Below are positions 20,024 through 30,063 of a DNA stretch of 64,000 nucleotides, piece by piece (position 1 is the first letter of the stretch; each line of letters opens with the position of its first letter). The position numbers and the translations under genes were made by a program. The stretch comes from an uncultured Chloroflexia bacterium (GTDB lineage: Bacteria > Chloroflexota > Limnocylindria > Limnocylindrales > CSP1-4), in assembly GCA_963707215.1 (NCBI GenBank), contig CAVPPB010000001.1, forward strand, positions 704,001 to 768,000, written 5' to 3'. The notes beneath the pieces were generated by a model. It was not told where the DNA came from. It ran no database searches and saw only the letters and a list, made by a program, of their open reading frames with translations.

Positions 20024-21211
20024 TCAAGACACGGCGAGGCGACCGGTGACACGCCCGAACGCGACGAGTGCCGCCGCCGCAGCCAGGGCCAGCAGCGCCG
20101 TCCCCAGCATCGCGACCGGCAGGCCCACGGTCACCGACAGCGCCCCCATCGCCGGGGGGTAGACCGTCGCCCCGACGACCGCCAGGCCGGTGAGCAGGGC
20201 GCCAACCGCCGCGGATCGTTCCGGGTATCGCTCGCCGCCAAGGGCCACGATCATCGGGAAGACGGGCCCGGACGCGAACCCGGCGGCGGCGAAGGCGGCG
20301 ATCGAGAGCGGCAGTGACGGGACCAGGACGGCGGCAGCCAGGGAGCCAGCAAGCACGATCAGCGCCACGAGCGTGAAGCGCAGGTGATCGAACCGGTCGG
20401 CGATGGCCGATGAGACGAGCCGGCCGGCGGTCAGGCCCAGCCAGTAGAGCGACAGGGCCACCGTGGCGGTCGTCAGGGGGGCCGGGTCCAGGAACCGGAC
20501 CAGCCAGTTCGAGACGCCGAGCTCCGAGGCGACGTAGGCCGCGATCGCGATCCCAAGCAGGATGAGCGGGCCCCGGAGGAGCCAGCCGCCGCTGCGGGCA
20601 CCGCTCGGTCCGGCGGCCTCGGCGCCGGAGACATCCGCTCGCGGGCGACGCCCGCTGGGCATCGGCACGAGGAGGTAGCCGAGCGCCAGCCCCGACACGG
20701 CCACCCCGCTCGCGACCACGACCGCCTGCCATCCGGCGCCCGCGGCGACGAGCGACCCGACGACGAGCGGCGCGGCCATCGCGCCGACACTGAACGCGGC
20801 GTGGAGCAGGTTCATCGCCCGGCCGCGGCCCTCGCGGTAGACGTCGAGGACGACGCCGTTGGCGCCGCCATCCAGGCAGCCCGCCGCGGCGGCGGCGAGC
20901 GGCGCCATCGCGAGGAACCACGACCACGAGGGCGCCAGGCCCAGGCCGACGATGGCCGCGCCGTGGAGCAGCGCCGCCCCGCCGAGCACCAGGCGCCGCC
21001 CAAGTCGCTCGGTCAGCGGACCACCACCGAACGACCCCGACGCGTAGGCGACCGCCCACAGGAGGTAGAAGAGACCCAGCCCGGCATCGTCCTGCCCGAA
21101 GGTCTCCTGGACCGAGCGGATGAGGGACGGGACGAGGAGTCCGGACCAACCGATCACGACGAGCGACGCACCGCCGACGAGACCTGCGGCGAGCCGGCCA
21201 CGCCCGGTCAT
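20024..21211 (-). CDS. MFS transporter
   Basis: 12 TM segments; GPLTERLGRR loop motif, NLLHAAFSVGA, GPVFP. Confidence 0.88.
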   Translation of the reverse strand: MTGRGRLAAGLVGGASLVVIGWSGLLVPSLIRSVQETFGQDDAGLGLFYLLWAVAYASGSFGGGPLTERLGRRLVLGGAALLHGAAIVGLGLAPSWSWFLAMAPLAAAAAGCLDGGANGVVLDVYREGRGRAMNLLHAAFSVGAMAAPLVVGSLVAAGAGWQAVVVASGVAVSGLALGYLLVPMPSGRRPRADVSGAEAAGPSGARSGGWLLRGPLILLGIAIAAYVASELGVSNWLVRFLDPAPLTTATVALSLYWLGLTAGRLVSSAIADRFDHLRFTLVALIVLAGSLAAAVLVPSLPLSIAAFAAAGFASGPVFPMIVALGGERYPERSAAVGALLTGLAVVGATVYPPAMGALSVTVGLPVAMLGTALLALAAAAALVAFGRVTGRLAVS

Positions 21212-21420
21212 GCGCGGGCCCCGGACGCAGCGAGGGGACCTGGCTGGTGCTCCACGCCCGCGATCCTGACAGCATCGGTGGGCATCGGTGGCCCGCATCC
21301 GCTGGGCCGGTGATGCAACCGAGGCGTCGAGCCCTCCTGTCGCACGGAGGTCGCCGCGGCGACTCGGACCGGTGATCCCCGGCGCTCGACGTTGGTAGTC
21401 TGGGGCCCGGAGGAGCGGAC

Positions 21421-23841
21421 GTGAGTTCGACAGCACGGGTCGTGGTCGTGGGCGGCGGGGTCATGGGCATCAGCCTGCTGTACCACCTGGCCGAGGCGGG
21501 CTGGGCCGACGCGATGCTGATCGAGAAGGCCGAGCTGACCTCCGGTTCCACCTGGCACGCGGCCGGACAGTGTCCCAGCTTCATCGCCGACTACACCATG
21601 GCCAAGGTGCACGCCTACGGCAACGACCTGTATCCCCGACTGGAGACGATGACGGGCCGACCCACCGGTTGGCACGCCACCGGCGGCATCCGCTTCGCGA
21701 CGACCCCGGAGGAGCTGGACCACTTCAAGCGCGTGGAAGGGGTCGCCGCGAACATCGGCTTCCGGATGCAGGTGATCGGTCCTGACGAGATCCGCCGGCT
21801 CAACCCGTTCGTCACGACCCGCGGCGTCCTGGCCGGGGCGTGGACGCTGGACGACGGCTACGTCGATCCGTCGAGCGCCTGCAACGCGATGGCAGCCGCG
21901 GCCCGGGGGATGGGCGCGACCATCGTTCGACACAAGCTGGTCACCGGGATCGAGCGCCTGCCGAGCGGCGAGTTCCGGGTGGCGACCGAACAGGGCGACG
22001 TCATCTGCGAGCACGTCGTCAACGCCGCCGGATGCTATGCGGATCGCGTCTCGGCCTGGCTCGGCGTCCGGACCACCTTCGCCAACATGAAGCACCAGTA
22101 CCTGGTGACGGAGCCGGTCCCGGAGTTCGTCGAGCGCGACGTCGAGCTCCCGATCATGCGCGACCCATACGCGTCGGCCTACTACCGGCAGGAGCTGAAG
22201 GCCGCGCTCATCGGCATCTATGAGGGACGCGACACCCGCGAGGCCTGGAAGGAGACCGGGGGGCCCTCGTGGGGTGCGTCCAACGAGCTCTTCGAGCCCG
22301 AGCTGGACCGGATCCTGCCCAACCTGGAGCGGGTGATGGAGCGGATGCCGATCCTCTCCGGGGTCGGGATCAGGAAGGTCGTGAACGGCGCCATCTCGCA
22401 CACCCCGGACAGCAATCCCCTGGTCGGGCCGGCCGCCGGGGTCCCCAACTTCTGGCTGGCGACCGGGACCGGCATCGGGATCGCCCAGGGGCCCGGGTGT
22501 GGCAAGTACCTGGCCCAGTGGATGATCCACGGAGCGGCCGAGATCAACATGCTCGGCCTGGACCCGCGCCGGTTCGGTGCCTTCGCCGACGAAGCCTATG
22601 CCTCCGCCAAGGCCCACCGTGAGTACTGGGACATGTACCGGCTCATCCCGCCCGGCGAAGAGCGACCGGAGGGGCGCCCGGTGCGGACCACGCCGCTCTA
22701 CGACCGGCTCAAGGCCAAGGGCTGCGTCTTCACCGAGGGCTTCGGTTGGGAACGGCCCAAGTGGTTCTCGACCGACGGGCGAGCGGAAGCGGGCAGCTTC
22801 CGCCGCAGCAACGTGTTCGAGGTGGTGGCGGCCGAGACCCGGGCTGTCCGCGAGCGGATCGGGGTGTTCGAGCTGCCCAGCTTCTCGAAGTTCGACGTGA
22901 CCGGGTCAGGTGCCGAGGCGTTCCTCGACCGGCTGTGCGCGAACCGCGTGTCCCGGAGGGTCGGCGGCATCGTGCTGGCACATGCCCTCACCGACGCCGG
23001 TCGGATCCTCACGGAGTTCACCATCACCCGCCTGGCCAGCGATCGCTTCTATCTCCTCTCCGGCGCCCTGGCGCACGATCGTGACCTGGACCTTCTGCGT
23101 CGTTCCCTGTCCGGGGACGAGGACGTCATCGTGACCGACGTGACCGAGGCGTACGACGTCCTCATCGTCGCCGGCCCGCGCTCCCGGGACGTGCTCGCGA
23201 CGCTCACGGCGGCGGACCTGGGCAACGTCGCCTTCCCGTGGCTGACGGCCCGGGAGATCGAGGTCGCCGACATCCCGGTCCGCGCCCTGCGCATCAACTA
23301 CGTGGGCGAGCTGGGCTGGGAGCTGCACGTCCCGATGGCGCAAGCCCTCGATCTGTACGACGCTGTCTGGGCGGCCGGGGAGGGCTCCGGCATCGCCGAC
23401 TTCGGCCTGTACGCGATGAACAGCCTGCGGCTGGAGAAGGCCTACGCTGGCTGGGGAGCCGAGCTCACCAACGAGGTCACACCGGTGGAGGCCGGCCTGG
23501 ATCGCTTCCTGCGGCTCGATCACGACTTCGTCGGCCATGCCGCCGTCGCCGCGGCCAAGGAGCGTGGCGTGGCCACGCACCTCGTCTACCTCGAGGTGAT
23601 GGCGGACGACTCGGACGCGGCCGGCGGCGAGCCCGTCTTCGCCGACGGGAAGGCGATCGGCGTCACCACGTCGGGCGGCTACGGGCACTCGACCGGCCGG
23701 AGCCTGGCGTTCGCCTACGTCGCCTCCGGGTACGAGACGCCGGGCCGGGACCTGGAGGTCGAGCTCCTCGGCGAACGCTACCCGGCAACGGTGCTGGCCG
23801 AGCCGGTCTACGACCCGGGCGCCCTGCGCCTGCGCGCGTGA
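21421..23841 (+). CDS. GcvT-family FAD-dependent oxidoreductase (dimethylglycine dehydrogenase-like)
   Basis: VVVGGGVMG, SGSTWHAAG, GWERPKWF, YVGELGWELHVP, SLRLEKAY; GTG start with GGAGG. Confidence 0.92.
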   Translation: MSSTARVVVVGGGVMGISLLYHLAEAGWADAMLIEKAELTSGSTWHAAGQCPSFIADYTMAKVHAYGNDLYPRLETMTGRPTGWHATGGIRFATTPEELDHFKRVEGVAANIGFRMQVIGPDEIRRLNPFVTTRGVLAGAWTLDDGYVDPSSACNAMAAAARGMGATIVRHKLVTGIERLPSGEFRVATEQGDVICEHVVNAAGCYADRVSAWLGVRTTFANMKHQYLVTEPVPEFVERDVELPIMRDPYASAYYRQELKAALIGIYEGRDTREAWKETGGPSWGASNELFEPELDRILPNLERVMERMPILSGVGIRKVVNGAISHTPDSNPLVGPAAGVPNFWLATGTGIGIAQGPGCGKYLAQWMIHGAAEINMLGLDPRRFGAFADEAYASAKAHREYWDMYRLIPPGEERPEGRPVRTTPLYDRLKAKGCVFTEGFGWERPKWFSTDGRAEAGSFRRSNVFEVVAAETRAVRERIGVFELPSFSKFDVTGSGAEAFLDRLCANRVSRRVGGIVLAHALTDAGRILTEFTITRLASDRFYLLSGALAHDRDLDLLRRSLSGDEDVIVTDVTEAYDVLIVAGPRSRDVLATLTAADLGNVAFPWLTAREIEVADIPVRALRINYVGELGWELHVPMAQALDLYDAVWAAGEGSGIADFGLYAMNSLRLEKAYAGWGAELTNEVTPVEAGLDRFLRLDHDFVGHAAVAAAKERGVATHLVYLEVMADDSDAAGGEPVFADGKAIGVTTSGGYGHSTGRSLAFAYVASGYETPGRDLEVELLGERYPATVLAEPVYDPGALRLRA

Positions 23842-23864
23842 CCGGGACGAGCGGGAGCCCGACG

Positions 23865-25964
23865 ATGCCCCGCGACCCGCGCTACGACATCCTGTTCGAA
23901 CCCGTGACGATCGGGCCGGTCACGGCCAGGAACCGCTTCTACCAGGTTCCCCACTGCACCGGCATGGGCTGGCAGCGCCCCCGCACGCTGGCGGCCATGC
24001 GCGGCGTGAAGGCCGAGGGCGGCTGGGGGGTCGTCTGCACGGAGTACACCTCGATCCACCCCGCGTCCGACGACCTGCACCACGTGTCGGCGTCGCTGTG
24101 GGACGACAGCGACGTGCGCGCGCACACCCTGATGACCGACCTCGTGCACGAGCATGGAGCCCTTGCCGGGGCCGAGCTGTGGTTCGGCGGCGTGCGCACC
24201 GCCAACCTGGGCACCCGCCTGACCTCGATGGACGTCGCGGGCTACCCCAACGCGGTCGGCCACCCGTTCCAGACCCGCGCCATGGACAAGCGGGACATCC
24301 GCGACCTGCGGCGCTGGCATCGGAAGGCGGCCCTGCGCGCTCGCGAGGCCGGCTTCGACATCGTCTACGTCTACGCCACGCATGGCTATCTCGTGTCGAA
24401 CTTCCTCGACCGGCGCGCCAACACGCGCACCGACGAGTACGGCGGGTCGCTCGAGAACCGGACGCGGCTGGTTCGCGAGCTCATCGAGGACGCCAAGGAG
24501 GCCGTCGGCGACCGCTGTGCGGTGGCGGTGCGGTTCTCGGCCGACGAGACGATCGGCGAGGACGGCGTCCCGGTCTGGGGCGAGCGCCGCGAGATGCTGG
24601 CGCTGATGGCCGAGATGCCCGACCTGTGGGACATCAACGTCACCGACTACTCGCTCGAGATGGGCGTATCCCGCTTCGTGAAGGAGGCCGCGCTCGAGCC
24701 CTACATGTCGTGGGTGAAGTCGGTCACCACCAAGCCCGTGGTGACGGTGGGGCGCTTCACCTCGCCCGACACGATGGCCAGCCAGGTGCGCCGTGGGATC
24801 ACCGACTTCATCGGGGCGGCCCGCCCCTCGATCGCCGATCCCTTCCTGCCCAGGAAGATCGAGGAGGGCCGCCTCGAGGACATCCGCGAGTGCATCGGCT
24901 GCAACGTCTGCTACTCCGGCGACAGCCTCGCCGTGCCGATCCGCTGCACCCAGAACCCGACCATGGGCGAGGAGTGGCGCAAGGACTGGCACCCGGAGCG
25001 GATCGCGCGGAAGGGCTCCGACAGCCGCGTCCTGATCGTGGGTGCGGGGCCCGCGGGGCTCGAGGCCGCCCGGGCGCTGGGTGCGCGCGGCTACACGGTG
25101 ATGCTGGCGGAGGCCAGCCGCACGCTGGGCGGGCGCGTGACACGCGAGGCCGCGCTCCCGGGCATGAGCGAGTACATCCGCGTGCGCGACTACCGCGAGC
25201 AGCAGCTGGCGAGAATGCCCAACGTGGAGATCTACCGCCAGAGCTCCGTGACGGTCGAGGACGTGTTCGCGGTGGGGGCCGACCACGTCGCCATCGCCAC
25301 CGGTGCCCGATGGCGGACGGACGTCTACGACGGCCATGCCTACGTCCCGATCGCAGCCCCGGGTGCCGAGGTCCTGACCCCGGACGACATCATGGAGGGA
25401 CGACTGCCCACGGGCCGGACGGTGCTGTACGACGGTGATGGCTACTACATGGGCGGCGTGATCGCCGAGCGGATCCTGGCGTCAGGCCAGCCGGTGACGC
25501 TGGTCACGCCCCTGGACAGCGTGGCCTACTGGGCCGGCATGACCGCGGAGCGCTGGCGCATCCGCACGCACCTGATGAAGCTCGGGGTGGGGATCGTCAC
25601 CGCGCACCGGATCACCGCCTTCGATGGCAGCGAGGCCACCCTGGAGTGCCAGTACTCCGGCCGCGACCTGGCGCTGCCCGCGTCCTCGCTGGTGGTCGTG
25701 GGCCAACGGGCCCCCGAGGATCCGCTCTACCGGGGCCTGCTGGCCACCGAGCAGGGTGCTTCCGGGACGCTGCCCTTCACGTTGACGCGCATCGGGGATT
25801 GCGAAGCCCCGGCCATCATCGCGGCCGCGATCCATGCCGGCCACACCTACGCCCGCGAGATGGATGCCCCGGTCGACGTCGACCTGCCCATGAAGCACGA
25901 CCGGGTCGATGTCGGCCTCGTGGCCCCGGCGCATCGGACGCACCGACCGGGCGCTCGCCGGTAG
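23865..25964 (+). CDS. Trimethylamine/dimethylamine/histamine dehydrogenase family flavoprotein (FMN, 4Fe-4S)
   Basis: RFYQVPHC (covalent-FMN Cys), YVYATHGY, CIGCNVC-x11-C cluster motif, VGAGPAG. Confidence 0.88.
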   Translation: MPRDPRYDILFEPVTIGPVTARNRFYQVPHCTGMGWQRPRTLAAMRGVKAEGGWGVVCTEYTSIHPASDDLHHVSASLWDDSDVRAHTLMTDLVHEHGALAGAELWFGGVRTANLGTRLTSMDVAGYPNAVGHPFQTRAMDKRDIRDLRRWHRKAALRAREAGFDIVYVYATHGYLVSNFLDRRANTRTDEYGGSLENRTRLVRELIEDAKEAVGDRCAVAVRFSADETIGEDGVPVWGERREMLALMAEMPDLWDINVTDYSLEMGVSRFVKEAALEPYMSWVKSVTTKPVVTVGRFTSPDTMASQVRRGITDFIGAARPSIADPFLPRKIEEGRLEDIRECIGCNVCYSGDSLAVPIRCTQNPTMGEEWRKDWHPERIARKGSDSRVLIVGAGPAGLEAARALGARGYTVMLAEASRTLGGRVTREAALPGMSEYIRVRDYREQQLARMPNVEIYRQSSVTVEDVFAVGADHVAIATGARWRTDVYDGHAYVPIAAPGAEVLTPDDIMEGRLPTGRTVLYDGDGYYMGGVIAERILASGQPVTLVTPLDSVAYWAGMTAERWRIRTHLMKLGVGIVTAHRITAFDGSEATLECQYSGRDLALPASSLVVVGQRAPEDPLYRGLLATEQGASGTLPFTLTRIGDCEAPAIIAAAIHAGHTYAREMDAPVDVDLPMKHDRVDVGLVAPAHRTHRPGARR

Positions 25965-26183
25965 CGGTCCCGGCGACCCGTCGCGAGCGGCGGTCGGCCG
26001 ATCCACGAGGGTCCGTGGGATCGCGCCGGCCAGCCCTGGAGCCGGGGACTGGTGCCCGGACGCACCGGACAGCGGCGACCGGTCGCTCCTCGCGGTAGCG
26101 AGTGCGGCCCATCCGTGCCTACACTCTTGACTCGACTCCGGGCGGGTCCGGCACCCGCCGCAAGCGAAGGAGGGAGTGGAACG

Positions 26184-26495
26184 ATGCGTGCGTCCCGGCC
26201 GTTGTGGGCCTCCCTGGTGACGGTGATCCTGTCGGCTGCGGCCCTGGCCGGGCCGGCGTCCGCCGGCAGGCCGATCGCCGGCTGCCCGCCCGGCTTCATC
26301 GACGGAGCCTTCACGCTCCAGGCGGCGCTGGAGTACAAGGCCCCGCTGCCCCCGGAGGCGTTCGAGTACTTCAGCGGCTACTTCGCCGCGACGGACAAGA
26401 ACGGGGATGGCTTGGTCTGCATGAAGGACCTGCCCGACACGCCTGGCATCCCGCCGTCCGTGACGCAGCTGATGGACAACGTCGCGAACTCGTGA
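26184..26495 (+). CDS. Small secreted protein with EF-hand-like DxNxDG loop
   Basis: Signal peptide; GCPPGF...DKNGDGLVC; RBS GGAGGGAG. Confidence 0.78.
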   Translation: MRASRPLWASLVTVILSAAALAGPASAGRPIAGCPPGFIDGAFTLQAALEYKAPLPPEAFEYFSGYFAATDKNGDGLVCMKDLPDTPGIPPSVTQLMDNVANS

Positions 26496-26568
26496 CGGTC
26501 GGCGACCGACCCCGGCATCCGGCCCCGGATGACCTGGACCAAGCGGGCACCAGCAGGGAACGGCGTGC

Positions 26569-27119
26569 ATGAAGCACCAAGAGATCCTGGCCACCCTGGT
26601 CGAGCAGGCCCAGGCTGATGCGTCGTCGTCGGCTTCCTGCTGTTCGGCTCGGTGGCCCAGGGGAACGCATCGCGAGGACTCCGACATCGACGTCCTGACC
26701 GTGCTTCGGGCCGACGATGCCACCGCGGGGATCCGCAACCGGGTGATCGACGGCATCAAGGTCGGCGACCTGTCGTTCTCGCGGGCGACCCTCGAGGAGA
26801 GCGTCGAGACCGTGCCGTACCTGCTGCATCCGCTCGGCGAGGCGACCGTGCTGCTCGACCGTGATGGGACGATCGCCCCCTCCTCGCCCGGATCCGAGCC
26901 TACTTCGCTGAGCATCCCGAGATCGCGGCCGAGTGGGCGGCCTCGTTCGAACGCCTCAAGGCCGAGAAGGCGACGTACGGCGACGAGAACACGACCATCA
27001 TCGACGTCTGGGACGAGCTGGAACGCCGCCATTCCGGCGGCCGGATCCGACGGCGCTTCTTCAACGCCCTCTACCTGACCAGACCGCGCACCTTCGCGCT
27101 GGTCAAGCGGCTCATGTAG
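26569..27119 (+). CDS. Nucleotidyltransferase (MNT-like) domain protein, frameshifted in this assembly
   Basis: Joining frames gives GFLLFGSVAxG-THREDSDIDV and a C-terminus ending KRLM*; indels near 26620, 26660 and 26880. Confidence 0.7.
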
Positions 27120-27273
27120 CCCACGCCCACGACGCGGCTCGCCGATCTGTGCGAACGGGCAGCCTCATGAGTGAGGCCCGGGCACCGAGCGACCGGGCGC
27201 ACGTTCCACGAGCCACCCGCCCCGTGCCGGGGCGCACGCTCGGCCCCGGCGGGGACGCCCGCTCGTGCCTTGC

Positions 27274-27783
27274 CTACGAGCCCGGTCGCTCCTTCGCCCT
27301 GTTACGGACGGTGAGGTACGCGAACGCGTGGGCGATGAGCCCGATGCCCCACGGGATCGTCGTCCAGTAGGCGTACTCGATGCCGCCGCCTGCCGCGAAG
27401 TCCTGCAGCCACAGGAACCCGTTGACGATGGCGAAGGCGGTCGCGTGGACGATCAGCTCCTGCCGCGGGCGATCCTTCGCCCCCGCTTGCCCGACGGAGG
27501 CGCTCCGGCCGATCAGGACCATGCCCACCATCACCGCCAACAGGACGGCACCGCCGATCAGCAGGCCCCAGGCCGCCACCTCCGGGATGTCACCGACCCG
27601 CCACGACAGGTCGCCGCCGAGTCCCACGTACTGGTCGTCGCCGGCGGCCAGGATGACGACGCCCACCCCGAGACAGATCACCCCGAGGATGCCGAGGAGA
27701 ACCTCGGTGAATGCCCAGACCGGTCCGACGCCGGTGTGCTGTGTCCCGCCTCCCCCGACGGGCACGTCATGCGTCGCTGCCAT
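27274..27783 (-). CDS. Membrane protein with C-terminal 2TM domain
   Basis: HATAFAIVNGFLW...WTTIPWGIGLIAHA; RBS GAGGAGG. Confidence 0.8.
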   Translation of the reverse strand: MAATHDVPVGGGGTQHTGVGPVWAFTEVLLGILGVICLGVGVVILAAGDDQYVGLGGDLSWRVGDIPEVAAWGLLIGGAVLLAVMVGMVLIGRSASVGQAGAKDRPRQELIVHATAFAIVNGFLWLQDFAAGGGIEYAYWTTIPWGIGLIAHAFAYLTVRNRAKERPGS

Positions 27784-28007
27784 GAGGTCACCCTCCTCTC
27801 TCGAAGCAGCGTCGGGACGCGAACGATCAGTAAGCGCCGGTCCTAGCGCGGCCGCAAGAGGCAGAGGTCACCAGCGGCAGGACGGCAGCACCGCGCGACC
27901 CCGCCGCAGCAGGTGCCCTCGGGGGGCTAGCCTTGGTGGCGGCGGGACGACGTCGGCCGCCTGGCCGCCCAGGCCGTGGGAGCGGGGACCCGCCAGGGAG
28001 ACGCCCG

Positions 28008-28499
28008 ATGCGCACCGAGATGGACGACGAGCGGAACTCGACGCGGCTGCTGCTCCAGCGCACGCGGCGGATGACCCGTGCAGCACTCGAGCCACTCGAC
28101 CCGGAGGCGGTCGTCCACGACGTCGGACCGCCATGGCAGGTCCGCGACGTGCTCGGCCACCTGGGCGTCTGGAACGGCGAGGCCGCCCGGTCGCTGGAGG
28201 CGCATGCCTCGGGCGGCGAGTACACGTGCATCGCCTCGGCCGGACACTACGACGCCTACAACGAGCAGGCGGCCATCGAGCGTCGGGCCTGGCCGATCGC
28301 CGAGGTGTGGGCGGAGTACGAGGCGACCCACGATCGGCTGGAGGCGGCGATCGCGACGATGCCACCCGATCGCTGGGACACTCCGATCCAGTACCCGTGG
28401 ACCGAGCTGGGCTCCGTGGTGGGACTGGTGGTCCTCATGACCGAGCACGAGACCAGCGACCACTGCGAGCCGCTCCTGGCCCGGATGGGCGGAGGCTGA
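28008..28499 (+). CDS. DinB-like / MDMPI N-terminal protein, paralog 2
   Basis: Same length as 17770-18261 with mostly identical residues. Confidence 0.8.
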   Translation: MRTEMDDERNSTRLLLQRTRRMTRAALEPLDPEAVVHDVGPPWQVRDVLGHLGVWNGEAARSLEAHASGGEYTCIASAGHYDAYNEQAAIERRAWPIAEVWAEYEATHDRLEAAIATMPPDRWDTPIQYPWTELGSVVGLVVLMTEHETSDHCEPLLARMGGG

Positions 28500-28560
28500 C
28501 CGCCTGACGGCCGGCGGGCCGCCACGTCCGGTCGTTGGGTCCTCGAGCTCCCCTGCCCGA

Positions 28561-29340
28561 CTACGACTGGTGGGTCTCGCCCGAGGCCCAGACGCGGGTG
28601 ACCGTCCGGGTCGTGAACCCGAGGCGCTCGTAGAGCCGCTGGCCGGCCGGGGTCGCCCCGAGGTAGAAGGTCGTCGAGCCTCGCGATCGCGCCTCGGCCA
28701 TCGCCGTCGAGAGCAGCCGCCACCCGATCCCGGAGCGCTGCCGGGAGGGCTCCGTCGCCATCGACCAGACACCGGTCACCGGGCCGTGGTGGACCAGGTT
28801 GACGGACCCGACGACATCGCCATCGATCGACGCGAGGTGCGTGTCGACGCCCGGGGCATCGAAGACCGAGGCAGGGAACACCTGCTCGGTCAGGTCCTGG
28901 GGCATGCTGAACGCGGAGCCCAGGACACGGGCATTGGCACGGGCGTCCTCGGGCCCGGACGCTCGCCGCACGGCTACCGCCGCGTTTCCGACCGGCTCGA
29001 TGGGCGCGTCATCGCGAACCATGAACGGGATGTCCACGACATGCTCGAGTCCCAGCTCGCGGGCCGCCACCTCGACCTCGGACTCCGAGTCCGGGAAGAC
29101 GATCGCCAGGAACGGGATCTGGCTGGTCAGGAACGCCCGGCAGGCGTCCGCGAAGCGATCCTCACGGCCCGCGCCACGGCCCGCTATGACGTAGTTCAGG
29201 TCCGCGACCGGGACCCCCGTCTGGATCGAGGCGCAGCCCGGGTGCATGGTGAACTCGAACCGTTCGGCATGACCGAAGCTGGTCAGGAGCGCCTCGCATG
29301 TCAGCCGCTGGAGGACCGCGTCGGTCAGGGTCGTGCTCAT
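28561..29340 (-). CDS. GNAT family N-acetyltransferase
   Basis: MATEPSRQRSGIG motif A, LGATPAGQRLYERLGF motif B. Confidence 0.85.
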   Translation of the reverse strand: MSTTLTDAVLQRLTCEALLTSFGHAERFEFTMHPGCASIQTGVPVADLNYVIAGRGAGREDRFADACRAFLTSQIPFLAIVFPDSESEVEVAARELGLEHVVDIPFMVRDDAPIEPVGNAAVAVRRASGPEDARANARVLGSAFSMPQDLTEQVFPASVFDAPGVDTHLASIDGDVVGSVNLVHHGPVTGVWSMATEPSRQRSGIGWRLLSTAMAEARSRGSTTFYLGATPAGQRLYERLGFTTRTVTRVWASGETHQS

Positions 29341-29540
29341 GGGTGACGATGCTAGGCCGCCGGTCAAGAGCGCAGGGCCATCGGACAGCCGTGAGGACCG
29401 GCTCGGCTGGCGCCAGGCTGGCCGAGCCTGGGGCGCGCCCTTGATGCCGCGTCGTCTCCGGAGCCGGGTGTACGCTGCCCTGACTCGGGGGCCGGCTCGT
29501 CTGTCCAGCGGGCTGGACTCGATGGCAGGGGAGCCCGCTC

Positions 29541-30008
29541 GTGCTGATCTGGAAGACGCTGCACATCCTTTCGATGGTCACCATGGTGACCGCGTTCATC
29601 GGGGCCGAGGTCTTCTACGCTGCAGCGATGAGGAAGCGCGACGTGACAGCGCTTGCCTTCGTCCATCGAACCGTCGAGCGAACCGGCCTCGGCTTCGTGG
29701 CGCTCGGCGGTCTGGTCGCCGGGGTGGTCTTCGGGGTGCTGACCGCGCTGACCGGCGGGTTCGATCTCGTCGCGGGCTGGCTCATCGTGGCCTACGTGCT
29801 CGTCGGGGCGTTCCTCGTGAACGCCGCCCTGATCGGAGCGCGGGTCGTGCACATCGCCAAGGAGGCGGTCGAGGCAGACGAGGGAAAGCGCCCGGCCGAG
29901 GAGGTCATCGGCGCCATGGCCTCGAGCCGGGCGGTCTTCCTCGTCGTGGTGAACGCGATCATCTTCCTGGCCGTCATCGCGGACATGGCCCTGAAGCCGT
30001 CGTTCTAG
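29541..30008 (+). CDS. DUF2269-like membrane protein
   Basis: KTLHILS start, four TM segments, C-terminal MALKPSF. Confidence 0.72.
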   Translation: MLIWKTLHILSMVTMVTAFIGAEVFYAAAMRKRDVTALAFVHRTVERTGLGFVALGGLVAGVVFGVLTALTGGFDLVAGWLIVAYVLVGAFLVNAALIGARVVHIAKEAVEADEGKRPAEEVIGAMASSRAVFLVVVNAIIFLAVIADMALKPSF

Positions 30009-30063
30009 CCGCGAAGCCCTGGCGTCCGCTGGACGGAGCTTCGGCGCCCCGATCGGCCGGCGC

